Shown here one piece after another: positions 51,100 to 63,030 of a DNA stretch of 64,000 bases (the first letter of the stretch is position 1; every line of letters starts with the position of its first letter). Under the pieces are notes generated by a model. It was not told where the DNA came from. It did not search any database and saw only the letters and a list, made by a program, of their open reading frames with translations. The translations under genes and the position numbers were made by a program. This DNA comes from Vulcanimicrobiota bacterium (GTDB lineage: Bacteria; Vulcanimicrobiota; Vulcanimicrobiia; Vulcanimicrobiales; Vulcanimicrobiaceae), in NCBI GenBank assembly GCA_963833095.1, contig CAWHWQ010000005.1, forward strand, positions 416,001 to 480,000. The letters are read 5' to 3'.

Positions 51100-53760
51100 T
51101 CAGCTAGGGTTCGGGGGCGCGGCTAGGGGCAGGGAGACGATAAACGTGCTGCCCTTCATTTTCTCTAGAACGCACGGTCAGGGCTCCCCGATGCACCTCG
51201 ACGATCTTTCGGGCGACGTATAGGCCGATTCCGGAGCCCGCGACCCCCTTGCGGCGCGCGTTGCTTGCCCGGCCGAAACGGGTGAAGACGGAGCCGAGCT
51301 CGTCCACCGGGATGCCGATGCCCCGGTCGGTTACTTCGATGATCGCTCGCGAGCCCTCGGAGCCGCACCGAAACGCGCGCCTCGTCGTTGGAATACTTCA
51401 GCGCGTTCGAGATCAGGTTGTCGATCACGTGGCGGAAACGCTGCGGATCGAGCTCGACCGGAATCGGCTCCACCGGCACGTCGACGATCAACGCGCGGAT
51501 TGTTCGGCGCGGTCGCGTCGACGCACTCGGCCACGAAACTCCCGAGATCCAGCACGCTGCGCGCGAGCGAAAACCCCTCGGACTGCGTCTGCGCGAGAAC
51601 GAGCGCGTCGTCGGACAGGCGGACCAGCCGCTGGGTCTGCGCGTGGATCGTTTCGATCTCTTCGTGGTGCTCGCGATCGCTTTCGCCGAGCAGTTCGCAG
51701 TACCCCAGGATGACGGTGAGCGGTCCCTTGAAGTCGTGCGCGAGCATCGCCAGGAGATCGTCCTTGAACTCGCTCGATTCTTGAAGCGCGTCGTTCGCTC
51801 GCGACGTCGCCTCGTAGAGTTCGATGTTGCGAAGCGCCAGAGCCAGCAGCGCACCGAGCTCTTGGAGCAGGCGCAGCTCCTCGCGCGTGAACCGCTCGCC
51901 CTCGAACTTTCCGACCAGCAGGAACGCGTCGATCGATTCGCTGCCCTGATCGGCCGACGTGCGCGAGAGCGGGATGACCACGTATCCCGGTCCGTCGATC
52001 AGGCGCTGCACGCGCCGTTCTTCGCTTGCGATACTCGTGAGGCGTTCGACGCGCTGCTCGAGATCGAAACCGCTCTCGTTGATCAGACGATCGACCGAAT
52101 CGCCGTAGACGCCGACCATGCGATATTCGGTCGCGTCCCATCGAAGGACGCAGGCGTTCGCGGCGTGCACGAGATTGACGCCGAGCCGGCACATGACGTC
52201 GGCCAGCGAGCCGAGGACGGTGTGGCTGAGAATCGTGCGCGCGGCCTCCGCGAGCGTTTCGCGCTCTTGCGCGCGGCGCAGTTCGCGTTCGTAGGCGCGC
52301 GCGTTCGATAGCGCGATCTCGAGGTGCGATCCGAGCGTGCGGAAGAACGTGACGCGTTCTTCGGGCGGCCATTCCAGTTCCGTCTCGGCCGATCGCACGA
52401 CCGTCATGCCCCACAAATTGCCGTCGAGGCGCAGCGGTACGATCGACGCCGCCGCGCCCGTCAAAGAGCGCGTTGCGAACCGAGCGCGGGAGCAGCGCCG
52501 CATCCGACGGTTCGTCGACTGCGAGAAACGGCTCGAGCTCGCGTCGCGGGACGCGCTCGTCAAAGCCGGCTCGACCGCTGGTCGCGCGTGCGAACCGCGC
52601 GTGCGCACCAGAAAGTCGCCCTCGAGCGTATATGCGGCGCAATCGACCGGAAGCTCGTGCGAGACGGTCACGACGAACACGAGCAGCACTTCGTCGACGT
52701 ACTGCGTGTCGCGCAGGATGCGCACGACGCGCTCGAGCGATTCGGCCTGCGCGCGGCGCGCGCGCTCGCGCTCGTAGAGGCGCGCGTTGGAGAGCGCTAG
52801 TCCGACGTGGAACGCCAGCGAACGAACCGCGGCCAAATCGCCGTCGTCGAACGCATCCGGCCGGTCGAACGAAAGAACGAGCGCGTCCTCGACTCGGCCG
52901 TCGACGACGAAAGGAACGGCCATCGCACTGTGCGCGCCGGGCGCCGTATATCTCCGTTCCGCCGATGTCCTCGCGGCGAACCGTAAGACCGCCGAATACT
53001 TTGCGCAAGTCGGCGTCGAGCGGTACGGACCCGGGCGCGACCGACGTCACGCCGCCGCCGACGGCCGCTGCCGCGACCGAGACGCGCTCGCCGTCGGGCG
53101 ACACGCTGATACACGATACAGCGGTCGGCGCCGAACGCCGCGCGCACGCCTTCGACGATGCCGAAAAGCACGTCGCGCCGGTCGAGCGATTTGTGCAAGC
53201 GCTCGTTGACCATCGCGAGCAGTCGACTGTCGCGCGATTGGCGTCGCGCCGAAAGCAGCGCCCGACCCATCTCGACGATGCGCGTCGCGACGTCGCAAAA
53301 GCTTTCTAGCGCCTCCAGTTCGCCTCGCGCGGGACGCCCGTCGACCGCGAGCACGAGCATGCCGAGCGCTCGCGGCCCGGCGATGAGCGGAACGAAGACG
53401 AGATCGAGAACGCCGACCGCCGGTGCTGACGCCGGCTAAGACGCGTTGCGCGTCGCGTTCGACGAACAACGCGCCCCCTTCGCCGAAGCGGGAGAGCGCG
53501 TGCAGAAAGAGGCGGCGAAGTTCGATCGATCCGTCACGCAGCGCGAAACCTGCCGAGCCCTCCGGGACCGTGCGCTTACGTTGCCGTCGTCGGAGAAGAG
53601 CAGCGCCGTCGCAGACGCCGCTTCAAGCGTCCCACGCGCACCGACGGCGATGGCCTCGGCCTTCGCCGCAAGCGTCGATGCATCGGTAAGGCGCGCGAGC
53701 GAGAGAACGGCTTCCCTCGATACGACGAAGGTTGCGAGGAACGAGGCCGATTCCGGTCAC
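51100..53760 (-). CDS. Multi-GAF sensor histidine kinase, frameshifted in this sequence
   Basis: Several GAF segments (LALSNARLY), AHDFKGPL H-box, NLISNALKYS, GSGIGLY; boundaries approximate. Confidence 0.85.
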
Positions 53761-54921
53761 CGCTCCAGGCGACGTGTACGTCGATCGTCGGGGCGACGTT
53801 CTTGCGAACCGTTGCAGGCGCGCGCCGCTTTGACCGCGCCCGCGGCCGCGAAGACGTAGAGTACGCCGAGCCCGGCCTTGCGTCGAGTCCGCGACGTAGA
53901 TCTGCCCGGCCGTATCGATCTTCACGTCGGTCGGCGCGTTCAGGTTCGTTTTCGGCCCGCAGATGCGGCGAATCGGAGCTATGTTGATGACGCCGTGCGT
54001 CGTCGGGATGGAAGACCAGAATCGCCGGGCTGCTTTCCAAGTGCGACTGTTGCCTTGATCCGAGACGTAGATGTTGCAGCTCGAGTCGACCGCGATACCC
54101 GTCGGCGTACGAGCCGCTGTTCGGACCGGTAATGATGAAGTTCGGCTTGAGGTTGAGCGGCGTCGCGTCGGCGACGGCGGACGGAGATCGGCGGTCGTCG
54201 GTCGGCGTCGGTCGGGCGTCGGAGACGGCGACGGCGAGGCGGTCGGCGAGCCGTTCGGCGTCGGACCGGCGTCGGCAGATGAACTTCTCACGGAGCCGAC
54301 CGACGACGCCCTGCAGGTTCGTCACGTAGAGATGTGCATCGGTTTTGGGAGTCGAAGGCGACGCCGGAAGGCACGTTCAGTGCGTATTCGCCGGCCGGCG
54401 ATCTGATCGTACGACGAGCAAGACCGCCGATGAAGAGTTGGACGCTGTTGAATTCGGCCGACTGAGGGATCGACGATCGCAATGGCCAGCACGCCGGATG
54501 ACCATCAAGCGTCTCCGCAAAGGTGTATAGGATCGCGATGCCGCGCGGGCGGCGCCGTCAGCCCGAACGCCGGTAGCGGCATCACGTTGCCGGTTGCCAG
54601 GGCCTCGAACTCGACGATCGCGCCGCTTGCGACTGCTTGATCGAAGTTGGTGACCCAGAGATTATTCGTGCTATCGAAGGCGAGGTACTGCGGGCCGGCA
54701 TGCGTCTGCTAGCCGCCGATTTGATAGAGCCGGCCTGCCGGTCCCTTCTGGATTCGACCGGTGAAAATGCTGATGGCGTTCTGCGCTGTTGGTCGCGTAG
54801 AACGAGTCCGTGACGGGAAGTTCGGGCCGACGATCGACTGGGTAGCGTTCGGCGAGCTGCACGCCGCAATGGCGATGACCGTACTAACTCACGATAAAAC
54901 CTATAGACAGCCTAGGCAGCA
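53700..54921 (-). CDS. Exported NHL-repeat/beta-propeller protein with Pro-Ser-Thr linker, heavily frameshifted
   Basis: LNVPSGVAFDSQN, PTGIAVDSSCNIYVSD, LNAPTDVKIDTAGQIYVADS; boundaries approximate. Confidence 0.65.
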
Positions 54922-54959
54922 TTCTCTCTCCTGAAGGGTGGAACCGGTCCCTGGTTCCC

Positions 54960-55125
54960 CTAGCGGGCCACGTTTCCTGGCCGTAACCCGGCCATGGGAG
55001 CGGAAGATCAGCCAGGACGCCGGCCACGAGCGCCACGAGAAGCACCACGATGACGACAAAAGTCGGACGCGCCGGCGTACGAAGGCCGGCCGGCTGGACT
55101 CGGTATCGATGATTTGTCGGGGCAT
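54960..55125 (-). CDS. Possible small membrane protein (frameshifted)
   Basis: MPRQIIDTESSRP... then hydrophobic FVVIVVLLVALVAG in an adjacent frame. Confidence 0.35.
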
Positions 55126-55131
55126 ACGACG

Positions 55132-55947
55132 TTACACTCGACCCGCTTGCGGATGGTTGAGCGCGTCCGGCGAGACATGCGCGAGCAACTGGCCGACGGT
55201 AACGAACGTATACCCGGCTCTTGCGAAAGCGCTCGACGATAGCGGGCAGCGCTTCGATCGTCGCCAACTTGCCGCTGTGCAAGCAAGACCAGGTCGGGCG
55301 CGGTCGCATGGCCGGATCATGTCGCTGCCGATCTCTCCCGGCGTCAGCGTGCGCCAGTCGCCGCCGTCGTCGGTCCACAGGACCGTCGAATAGCCGAGCG
55401 ACTGCACGACGCGTCAGCGTCTCTTCGTGTAACGGCCGTGCGGCGGACGCATCAGGGTGCGAACCGACGGATCGTGGGTCAGATCCCACAGCACGTCGCG
55501 GCCTTGGAGGACTTCGGCGCGCACTTCGGCGGGCGTCTCTTGGTCGAGATTCGGATGCGAGTACGTGTGATCGGCGATCTCGTGGCCGTCCGCTTCGATG
55601 CGGCGCGTGAGTTCCGGCCACTGCTCGGCGTCGCGACCGATCAAGAAAAACGTCGCCGGGACCTTCAGGTCGCGCAGTTCGTCGAGCAGCATCGGCGTGA
55701 AGATCGGATACGGTCCGTCGTCAAACGTCAAGCGCGATCAGCTTGGGGCGAGACGTCTTTGTCGCCGCAAGGGCGGATCGCAGCGGCACGATAAGCGCGC
55801 GCCATCAGATCGTCCGAAAACTCGATGTGCGCATTCATCTCCGGCGTGACGAATGCCGGCATAATTGCTCTCGCTGCGGATGAGCCAGCGACTTCCATCC
55901 GCCGAGGCGACGACGGCGGCCAGCAGCGATCGCGCGATCGTCTTCAT
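55132..55947 (-). CDS. Polysaccharide deacetylase (NodB family), frameshifted in this sequence
   Basis: TFDDGP, ATFFLIG, HEIADHTYSHP, RPPHG, GYTFVTV. Confidence 0.9.
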
Positions 55948-57373
55948 TCCCTGCGCACCGTGCTTCGCGCCGGTGCGCGGCGCGGTTGCGACGTGGCCTC
56001 GCAAGATCGCTGCCGACGATGACCGTCACGTCGCTGGTGACTGCCGGCGGCGGCGAACCGGTCGGGGCTGGGTCTGGCCGACGACGGGGGGTTTCGTCGA
56101 ACGCCGGCAGCGCGGCGCGAACTTTCGCTCCGGCAAACGTGACCGTCGAGTGCTCGTGGATCTCGGTGGTTGGTGTAGTCGGACGAGCTCGCGTCGCCGA
56201 CCGTGCCGATCGTAAAGCCCGCGCGCTTCAGCATGCGCTGCCACGCGGTGCGCGGCGCCTGCGGAGCCGCTGCCGTTGACGATGTCGACGCGCAGCGTAC
56301 CGGGCGCGATCGCGGCCAGCGCCATCGCGTCGGGCGATGGTTCGGGCGCGGCGGCGCGACGAGCATCGTTTGCACCAGCCGGTCGCTTTGCTTCGACGTC
56401 CGGAACGAGCGAGTCGCCATAAACGGGCAAGTCTACGTCGCCGGTATAAGGCACTGGCAAGTTGAACGATCGCTCGATCCGGCATCCCCTGAGAAATACG
56501 ACGCCATCGACAGCAGCTCTTGATCCGTAAAGTCGGTCTGCACGTCCCGGCGAAACATGCCACAAGTTGCCCGCGTGCAGCAGCGTGTTGATTTGATCGC
56601 CTTTGAGTTTGGCGAGCATCGCGTGCAGTACTTGCTGCTGGCGCATGATCCGGCACGGATCGCTGCACCAGTCGTGGCGAAAGCGCATGTAGCGCGACCG
56701 CCTGCGGTCCGTCGAGGTGCTGCAGTCCCTGCTTGAAGTGAATGTGCAGGTGCCCCCAGCTATCGTCGTAGTCGATCGTCTCGCCGGTACAGCCGGTATG
56801 GTACTGAAGGCAATCGGAAGACTTGACGACGATATCTAAGCCGCCGATCGCGTTGATGATATCCTTCGTCGCATCGATGCGCAACACGACGTAGCGATCG
56901 AAATCCGGGATCCCGAGGAAACTCGCGACGACCTGTTTGGCTTCCTTGCGCCGCCGTCGGCTTGGGCTTGATTGATCTTGGCCTGCGAGCCGTTCGGCAT
57001 GGTGGCAATCCATGTCGCGCGGAATCGAGAGCTGGTAGATGCGCTTGTTGTCGAAGTCGATGTTCACCGCCCAGATCGCATCGCTGCGCGAGTTGGTCGA
57101 AAACTCCATATCGTTTCCGTGTAATCGTAGTCGAAGCCTTCGACGAGCACCAGAAGACTCGGTTTTCCGAAGACTTGCTTGCGGCGTGGGCACGAAGACT
57201 TGCGTGATCGCCAGGATCGGATTCTTGTGCTCGAAGATCGCGAAGCCGGCAGCGGTCGGACCAGCCCGAGCGCGAGCAGGCCGAAGACGAGGGCGATCGC
57301 CGCAGCCAAACCGGTAATACGAGCCTCGCGAGCTTCGTCCTCGGTGCGGTGACGGATCGAAGTGCTTACCCAA
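55944..57373 (-). CDS. LCP (LytR/CpsA/Psr) family protein with LytR_C domain, frameshifted in this sequence
   Basis: RSDAI, LSIPRD, IGGLDI, LDGPQA, R..RQQQVL, VDIVNGSG; boundaries approximate. Confidence 0.85.
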
Positions 57374-58747
57374 CGGCCGATTGACTCCCGCACGGCGGTG
57401 CGACCGAAGAAATCGAACGGACCGTGACCGCTCGAGCGTTACGGCAACGAAGTCGCCCGGTTGCGCCTCGCCGGTGAAATAGATGCCGCCGTCGACGCCG
57501 GGCGCTTCGCCCTGCGAACGGCCGAACCAGACGTGGTGCGCTCCGAGCGCGCTGCGAAATGGTCGCCTTGCGAAGGCGTGCGGCGCTCTTCGACCAGCAC
57601 GCTCACGCGTCGACCGATTCGTGCGCGCGCGCGCGCTCCGACGCGAGGCGTTGCGCTTCGCGCAGACGGATGAGCCGTTTACGCCGCTCGCGCGGCCGGG
57701 ACGGCTTCCCGAGCTCCGCCGCGGGCGTGCCTTCTTCGGAGCTGTATTCGAAGAAGCCGACGCGATCGAGTTCGGCGCGACCGATCCACTCTTCCAGGTA
57801 TGCGACGTGTTCCTCGGTCTCGCCTGGGAAACCGACGATGAAGGTCGAGCGCATCGTGATGCCGGGAACGCGCTGCGCGAAATCGCTCGATGATTTCGAG
57901 ATAGCGCTCGCCGTTCGACGGCCGCAGCATCGCGCGCAGCACTTCGGGGTGCGCGTGCTGCAGCGGCATGTCCATGTACTTGCAGACCTTTGGCAGAGCG
58001 CGCCATCGCGTCGATCAGCTCGCGGTCGACCGTCGCCGGATAAAGGTAGAGCAGGCGGATCCACTCGATGCCGTCGATCTCGTGCAAGCGTTCCAGCAAG
58101 TGCGCAAGGCCGCCGCGGCGGGCGCCGCGATCGCGGCCCCACATCGACGTGTCTTGCGCGATAAGATCAGTTCTTTGGTTCCAGCCTGCGGCGAGCGCGC
58201 GCGCTTCTTTGAGGATCGACTCTTCGCTTCGGCTGCGGAACGCGCCGCGCAGCTTCGGAATGATGCAGAACGTGCACGGATGATCGCAGCCCTCGGCGAT
58301 CTTCAGATACGCGGTCGCTCGCGGCGTCGTAATCAGCCGCGGAAGAAAATCGTGCTCGGGCTCGGCTTCGAAATCGAGACGCACGGGCCGCTTGCCGGCA
58401 GCCACGTCGTCGAGCAGTTCGACGATGCTGCGCATACGCGCCGGTACCGACGACGCCGTCGATCTCGGGGATCAGCGCTTGCAGCTGGTCGCCGTAGCGC
58501 TGCGCCAGGCATCCCGCAACCACCAGCTGCTGGCCGCGTCGCTTGTGCTGCGGCGTGCTCGAGAATGGTCTCGGTGGATTCGGCTTTGGCTGGATCGATG
58601 AACGCGCACGTGTTGATCACGACCGTATCCGCCTCGCGCGCGTCGGCCGACAAGCTCCATACCGGCCGCGCCGAGCTGCGCGATCATCACCTCGGTGTCG
58701 ACGAGATTCTTGGCGCAGCCAAGGCTGACGAAACTGACGCTCGGCAT
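57366..58747 (-). CDS. rimO: Ribosomal protein S12 methylthiotransferase, frameshifted in this sequence
   Basis: [59 protein letters not shown]. Confidence 0.93.
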
Positions 58748-59243
58748 CAGCGGTAGTTCACAAACTGCAGCGGAAGCTCGAACTCCATCGCCTTCAGTTC
58801 GGCGATGACCTTCTGCAGATCGTCGCGGCTCTTGCCCGAGACGCGAATTTGTTCGTCCTGATATTGCGCGGTGACCTTGAGCTTGAGCGACTTTGATCTT
58901 CTCCATCAGCGCCTTGCTCTTGTCTTTCGGGATGCCGCTGCGCAGCGTGACGAGCTGCCGCACGGTTCTATTGGCGGCCGGTTCGAGCGTCACCGAAATC
59001 GAAGGCCTTGATGTCGATGCCGCGCTTGATCGCCTTGCTCTGCACGATGTCGATCGACATTGCGCATCTTCATCTCGTCGTCGGAAACAACCGTAATCTT
59101 TTTGCCGTCGGCTCTCGATCGATCGTCTTCGAATTCTTGAAGTCGAAGCGATTCTCGATTTCTTTGCGAGCTTGATTGAGCGCGTTGTCTAGCTCTTGCT
59201 GGTCGATGCGCGACACGACATCGAACGATGCTTCGCTCGGCAT
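58747..59243 (-). CDS. yajQ: YajQ family cyclic di-GMP/nucleotide-binding protein, frameshifted in this sequence
   Basis: [36 protein letters not shown] read across frames. Confidence 0.88.
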
Positions 59244-59274
59244 GGGTAATTAGGGCTTCCTTTTATAAATGCAA

Positions 59275-60087
59275 TTACAGCGTGAAGATGCGCTCGACGA
59301 CGTCGCCTGCTGTGCCGAGCCTTCCCACGCTCTTTCCGTCGACAAAGACCTCGACGCCGCCGGCATTGCCGACCCGCAGCCTCGCGGTCTTTCCGTGGAA
59401 CTGGCGAACCGTCCCGGCCGGAAACGTACCCTCCATGCTAACATTCCCGTCAACGGTGACTCTAAGCCACGAAGGCGCTGAAAGTCGTACCTCCAGATTG
59501 GCCGATCCCGACGCGAGCGGGCTCGGGCTGGGGCCGGCGCTCGGGGGGCCGCTCGGAGTCTCGCTGGGGCTTTCACCGGGCCCTTCGCTAGCGGCGAGAC
59601 TTGGCGTCGCGTCGGCGGCCAGCGCAGCGCCGCCCGCCGAGGCGACAATCGTCGGACTATTAGAAGGAAGTGCATTGGCGCTTTGCCGCGCCCGAAAGGT
59701 AGCCTCGTTGTAGACGACGATCGCGATCAGCACAACCGCGACGAGCGACGCGGCCCAGATCAGCGGTGAAAGCGCCCGAGCAGGCGGCCCCTCGTCGGCG
59801 AGATAGCTGGTTCGCGGCGGCGCGCCGGGAGCGGTCGGCACCGGCGCGGGGGGCGCAGAGGCCTGGTTATTGAACTCGGCGACGACCTCTTCGGGCTCAA
59901 GCCCGAGGAAGCGCGCGTAGGTTCGTAGGAAGCCCCGGATGTAAACAGGCGCACCGATCGCGGTCCAATTTTCTTCTTCGATGGCAGCCAGATAGACCGA
60001 GCGTATGCGAATGTGCTCGGCCACATCCGAGAGTGTGAGGCCGCGAGCCTCGCGTGCGGCGCGAAACCGCTCACCCAGCGCTGGCAT
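59275..60087 (-). CDS. rodZ: RodZ-like HTH/TM/DUF4115 protein
   Basis: GERFRAAREARGLTL, YIRGFLRTYA..LGL, TM segment, WLRVTVDG, GNAGGV. Confidence 0.9.
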   Translation of the reverse strand: MPALGERFRAAREARGLTLSDVAEHIRIRSVYLAAIEEENWTAIGAPVYIRGFLRTYARFLGLEPEEVVAEFNNQASAPPAPVPTAPGAPPRTSYLADEGPPARALSPLIWAASLVAVVLIAIVVYNEATFRARQSANALPSNSPTIVASAGGAALAADATPSLAASEGPGESPSETPSGPPSAGPSPSPLASGSANLEVRLSAPSWLRVTVDGNVSMEGTFPAGTVRQFHGKTARLRVGNAGGVEVFVDGKSVGRLGTAGDVVERIFTL

Positions 60088-60134
60088 TGGGGCTTTAGTT
60101 AGTCCCTTTCTCCTGTTATCCTGTGCAACGGAAT

Positions 60135-61212
60135 ATGAGTAAACCTACGGGTCATCGCCGCAATGAGCGGCGGAGTCGATTCGGCAGTGGCCGCCGGCCT
60201 CTTAGCGGAGGCCGGCTACGACGTCATTGGCGTCACGATGAAGATGTATACACCGACGAAAGCGCCGCGCGCCAAAAGCTGTTGCGGTGTCGATGACTTC
60301 GACGACGCTCGACGCAGCGCGGCCGTCCTCGGGATCCCGCACTACGTGCTGAATTTCGAGCAAACGTTTCACCGCAACGTGGTCGATCGTTTCGTCGACG
60401 ACTACGCGCACGGCCGCACACCCAACCCCTGCGTTTCGTGCAATAACTTCGTCAAGTTGGGCACGCTCGCCGAGTACGCCGACCGCCTGGGCGCGCAGTA
60501 CGTCGCAACCGGACATTACGCGCGCCTCGAACGCGACGCCACGGGAACGCACCTCTACCGCACCCCCACGCCAAGGATCAATCGTACACGCTCGCCCAGC
60601 TCACGCGCGAGCAGCTCGCCACGCTGCTCTTGCCCGTTGGTACGACTGGAGAAACCAGTCACGCGCGAGCATGCCCGGCGCATGGGGTTACCGGTGCACG
60701 AAAAAGCAGAGTCGCAAGACATCTGTTTCGTGGAGGGCGGCGACTACCGCGACGTGCTGGAACGCCTTCAACCGCAGATCAATCGTGAAGGCCCGATTGT
60801 GGATGCCGCGGGTGCGGCTGTCGGCACGCACGCAGGCATTGCCAATTACACGATCGGTCAGCGCGCGGAACTTCCGGCTGGCAACGACGGCGCCCGCTAC
60901 GTCACGCGTATCGATCCAAGTAGCAACACGATCGTGATCGGGCGCGAGGACGAATTGCTCTCGACGACGCTGGTCGCCGATGAAGTGAATCTCCTGCAGC
61001 CGCAACGATTTTCGAACGGCCCTGTTCGCGTACGGGCGATGGTCCGGTATCGCTCGGCGCCTGCGGAGGCCACGGCAACGACACGCGCCGATGGGACTTT
61101 ATACCTATCATTCGACGCTCCGCTGCGCGCGATCACTCCCGGACAGCTAGTTGCGATCTTCGACGAGCACGATGAGGTACTCGGCGCGGGAACTATTTGC
61201 CACATCGGCTAA
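60135..61212 (+). CDS. mnmA: tRNA-specific 2-thiouridylase, with indels in this sequence
   Basis: [40 protein letters not shown]; the KDQSY segment sits in another frame (compensating indels). Confidence 0.95.
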
Positions 61213-61233
61213 GTGTTGCAGCGGGAGTGCAGC

Positions 61234-63030
61234 ATGGCGACCCTTCCGCGCGACGACTATCTCGAGATCCACGATACGGCGGCTTGGCTCGCGCAGAACG
61301 GCTTGACCATTTTTTGCTGGGAACCATCCAAGCGCTACCCCCGTTACGAGTGGGCGAACGATGTCGTCGTCACCCGCTCGAAGATGGATCGCGCCGAATT
61401 GTTCGGCGACGATCCAACGTTCCTCTCCATCGGAGACAACGCGCGTATGACCGATATCGCGCGCGAACGCATCGACGCCGACGATGAGACGCCTTTTGAG
61501 GTCGAGTTAGCCGCCAAAGACGGTTCGACGTATTGGATCGAATGCGTCGTTCGCGCGCTCGAGCCCGCTTCGAACGGCGCGTTGCGCTTCGTTTGCGCAT
61601 CGCACGTAGTCGATCGCCGCAAGGCGTATCAGCGCCTCAGTAGACTTTTGAGCGCGATGGCCGACAATGCGCCGGCCGGAATATTCATCGTGCGGTTACG
61701 CGACGCGGACCTGCTCTCTCCTCCGGTCGTCTACACCAACCCGACCTTCTGGCGCATGACCGGTTACTCTCAGGATGAGCTCGACGCCGGCGTGTACCCG
61801 CGAATCCTTGGTGAAAGCACGAATCGGCGGCTGGTGGAAAGATATGCGCGAGCAGTCTTGCGCGGAGAGTCGGTCGTAACCGACCTCCACCTCCGACGCA
61901 AAGACGGAACACCCTTCTGGTGCGAGGTCCGTGCGCACCCGCTCGAAACGCCGACGGTTCACTGCGCGGTGATCCTGCTCGACACCACCGCAAGGCGCGA
62001 AGCGCAGGACGCAATGAGCCTGCTCACGGAAGGCGTTGCGCAAGCGAGTGACTTCATGATCGTTACCGACGACACAGAGTCGCCCGAAGACGGTCCGAAG
62101 ATCCTCCAAGTGAACCGATCGTTTCTCGAAGCGACCGGTTTTGAGGAAGCCGAGCTCGTCGGCAGGCCGTACACCGTCATGTATTCGCCGCACAACCCAC
62201 CCTCGGTGATGGGCGCGATCCGGCGCGAAATCGAAGCCGACCACACGAACTATCGCGAAGTCCTGGCCCAACGTAAGGACGGCTCGGAGTTCTGGATCGA
62301 ATTCGTCGACCGGCCCTTCATCACGCGCTATGGCCGACGGCTACGGCTAATGGTCGGACGCGACATTACGCTCCGGCGACGCTCGACCAACCAACTCTCG
62401 CTGCTCTTCGCGGCGACCGAACAAGCGGAAACCCCGATCATGATATACGACGCGAACGAGGCCGGCGAACTCGCGCTCTCTTACGAAAACGAGAGAGCAG
62501 CGCAGCGGCAATGCTATCACCTGCTCGAGTTGTGGAGCCGCAGCGATACGGAGAGCCGTTCGACACGGCGCCGGCTGGAAAGCGGTGAAGTCACCATCGT
62601 GACCTACACGCGCAGTGACGACAACGGCGCCCCCGAACTCGTTCAAATGGCTGCGCGGCCGGTTCGAAACGAAAGCCGCCTTGAGGCCGTGCTCACGCAG
62701 GAACGAATCCTTGCAACAAAAAGCGCGGCTAGCCGCGGTGCGCACTCAAGAGTCATCGAACTAGCGACGATGCTCCCGGAGCTCCAGCAAGCGAAGGAAC
62801 TGTCCGAACGCATCGAAGCGCTCGGCGTCCTCTTACATGGCACGTTTGGTGCGTCGATGGAACGACTGACCTATAGCGCAAACGGCTCGGTCCACATCGA
62901 TCAAGACCGCCGGATCGCCGTTTTCGCTCACAACGGTATTGCGGCGCGCGTCTCCTGGCCCGACGCGCTCGAACCGCTCGCGGTGACGGCCCTGCGGTTT
63001 GCAATCGAAGCGGCGTTGGACGGCGTTTAG
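61234..63030 (+). CDS. Multi-PAS domain protein with no recognisable output domain
   Basis: Three PAS/PAC motifs (KDGSTYW, RKDGTPFW, RKDGSEFW); GGGAG RBS. Confidence 0.8.
   Translation: MATLPRDDYLEIHDTAAWLAQNGLTIFCWEPSKRYPRYEWANDVVVTRSKMDRAELFGDDPTFLSIGDNARMTDIARERIDADDETPFEVELAAKDGSTYWIECVVRALEPASNGALRFVCASHVVDRRKAYQRLSRLLSAMADNAPAGIFIVRLRDADLLSPPVVYTNPTFWRMTGYSQDELDAGVYPRILGESTNRRLVERYARAVLRGESVVTDLHLRRKDGTPFWCEVRAHPLETPTVHCAVILLDTTARREAQDAMSLLTEGVAQASDFMIVTDDTESPEDGPKILQVNRSFLEATGFEEAELVGRPYTVMYSPHNPPSVMGAIRREIEADHTNYREVLAQRKDGSEFWIEFVDRPFITRYGRRLRLMVGRDITLRRRSTNQLSLLFAATEQAETPIMIYDANEAGELALSYENERAAQRQCYHLLELWSRSDTESRSTRRRLESGEVTIVTYTRSDDNGAPELVQMAARPVRNESRLEAVLTQERILATKSAASRGAHSRVIELATMLPELQQAKELSERIEALGVLLHGTFGASMERLTYSANGSVHIDQDRRIAVFAHNGIAARVSWPDALEPLAVTALRFAIEAALDGV

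Noticed and set aside
54150..54280. Short tandem-like repeats (gtcggc/gacggc)
   Set aside because: They encode a Pro-Ser-Thr linker of the NHL protein; the similar repeat in rodZ (59520-59590) is also a coding linker.
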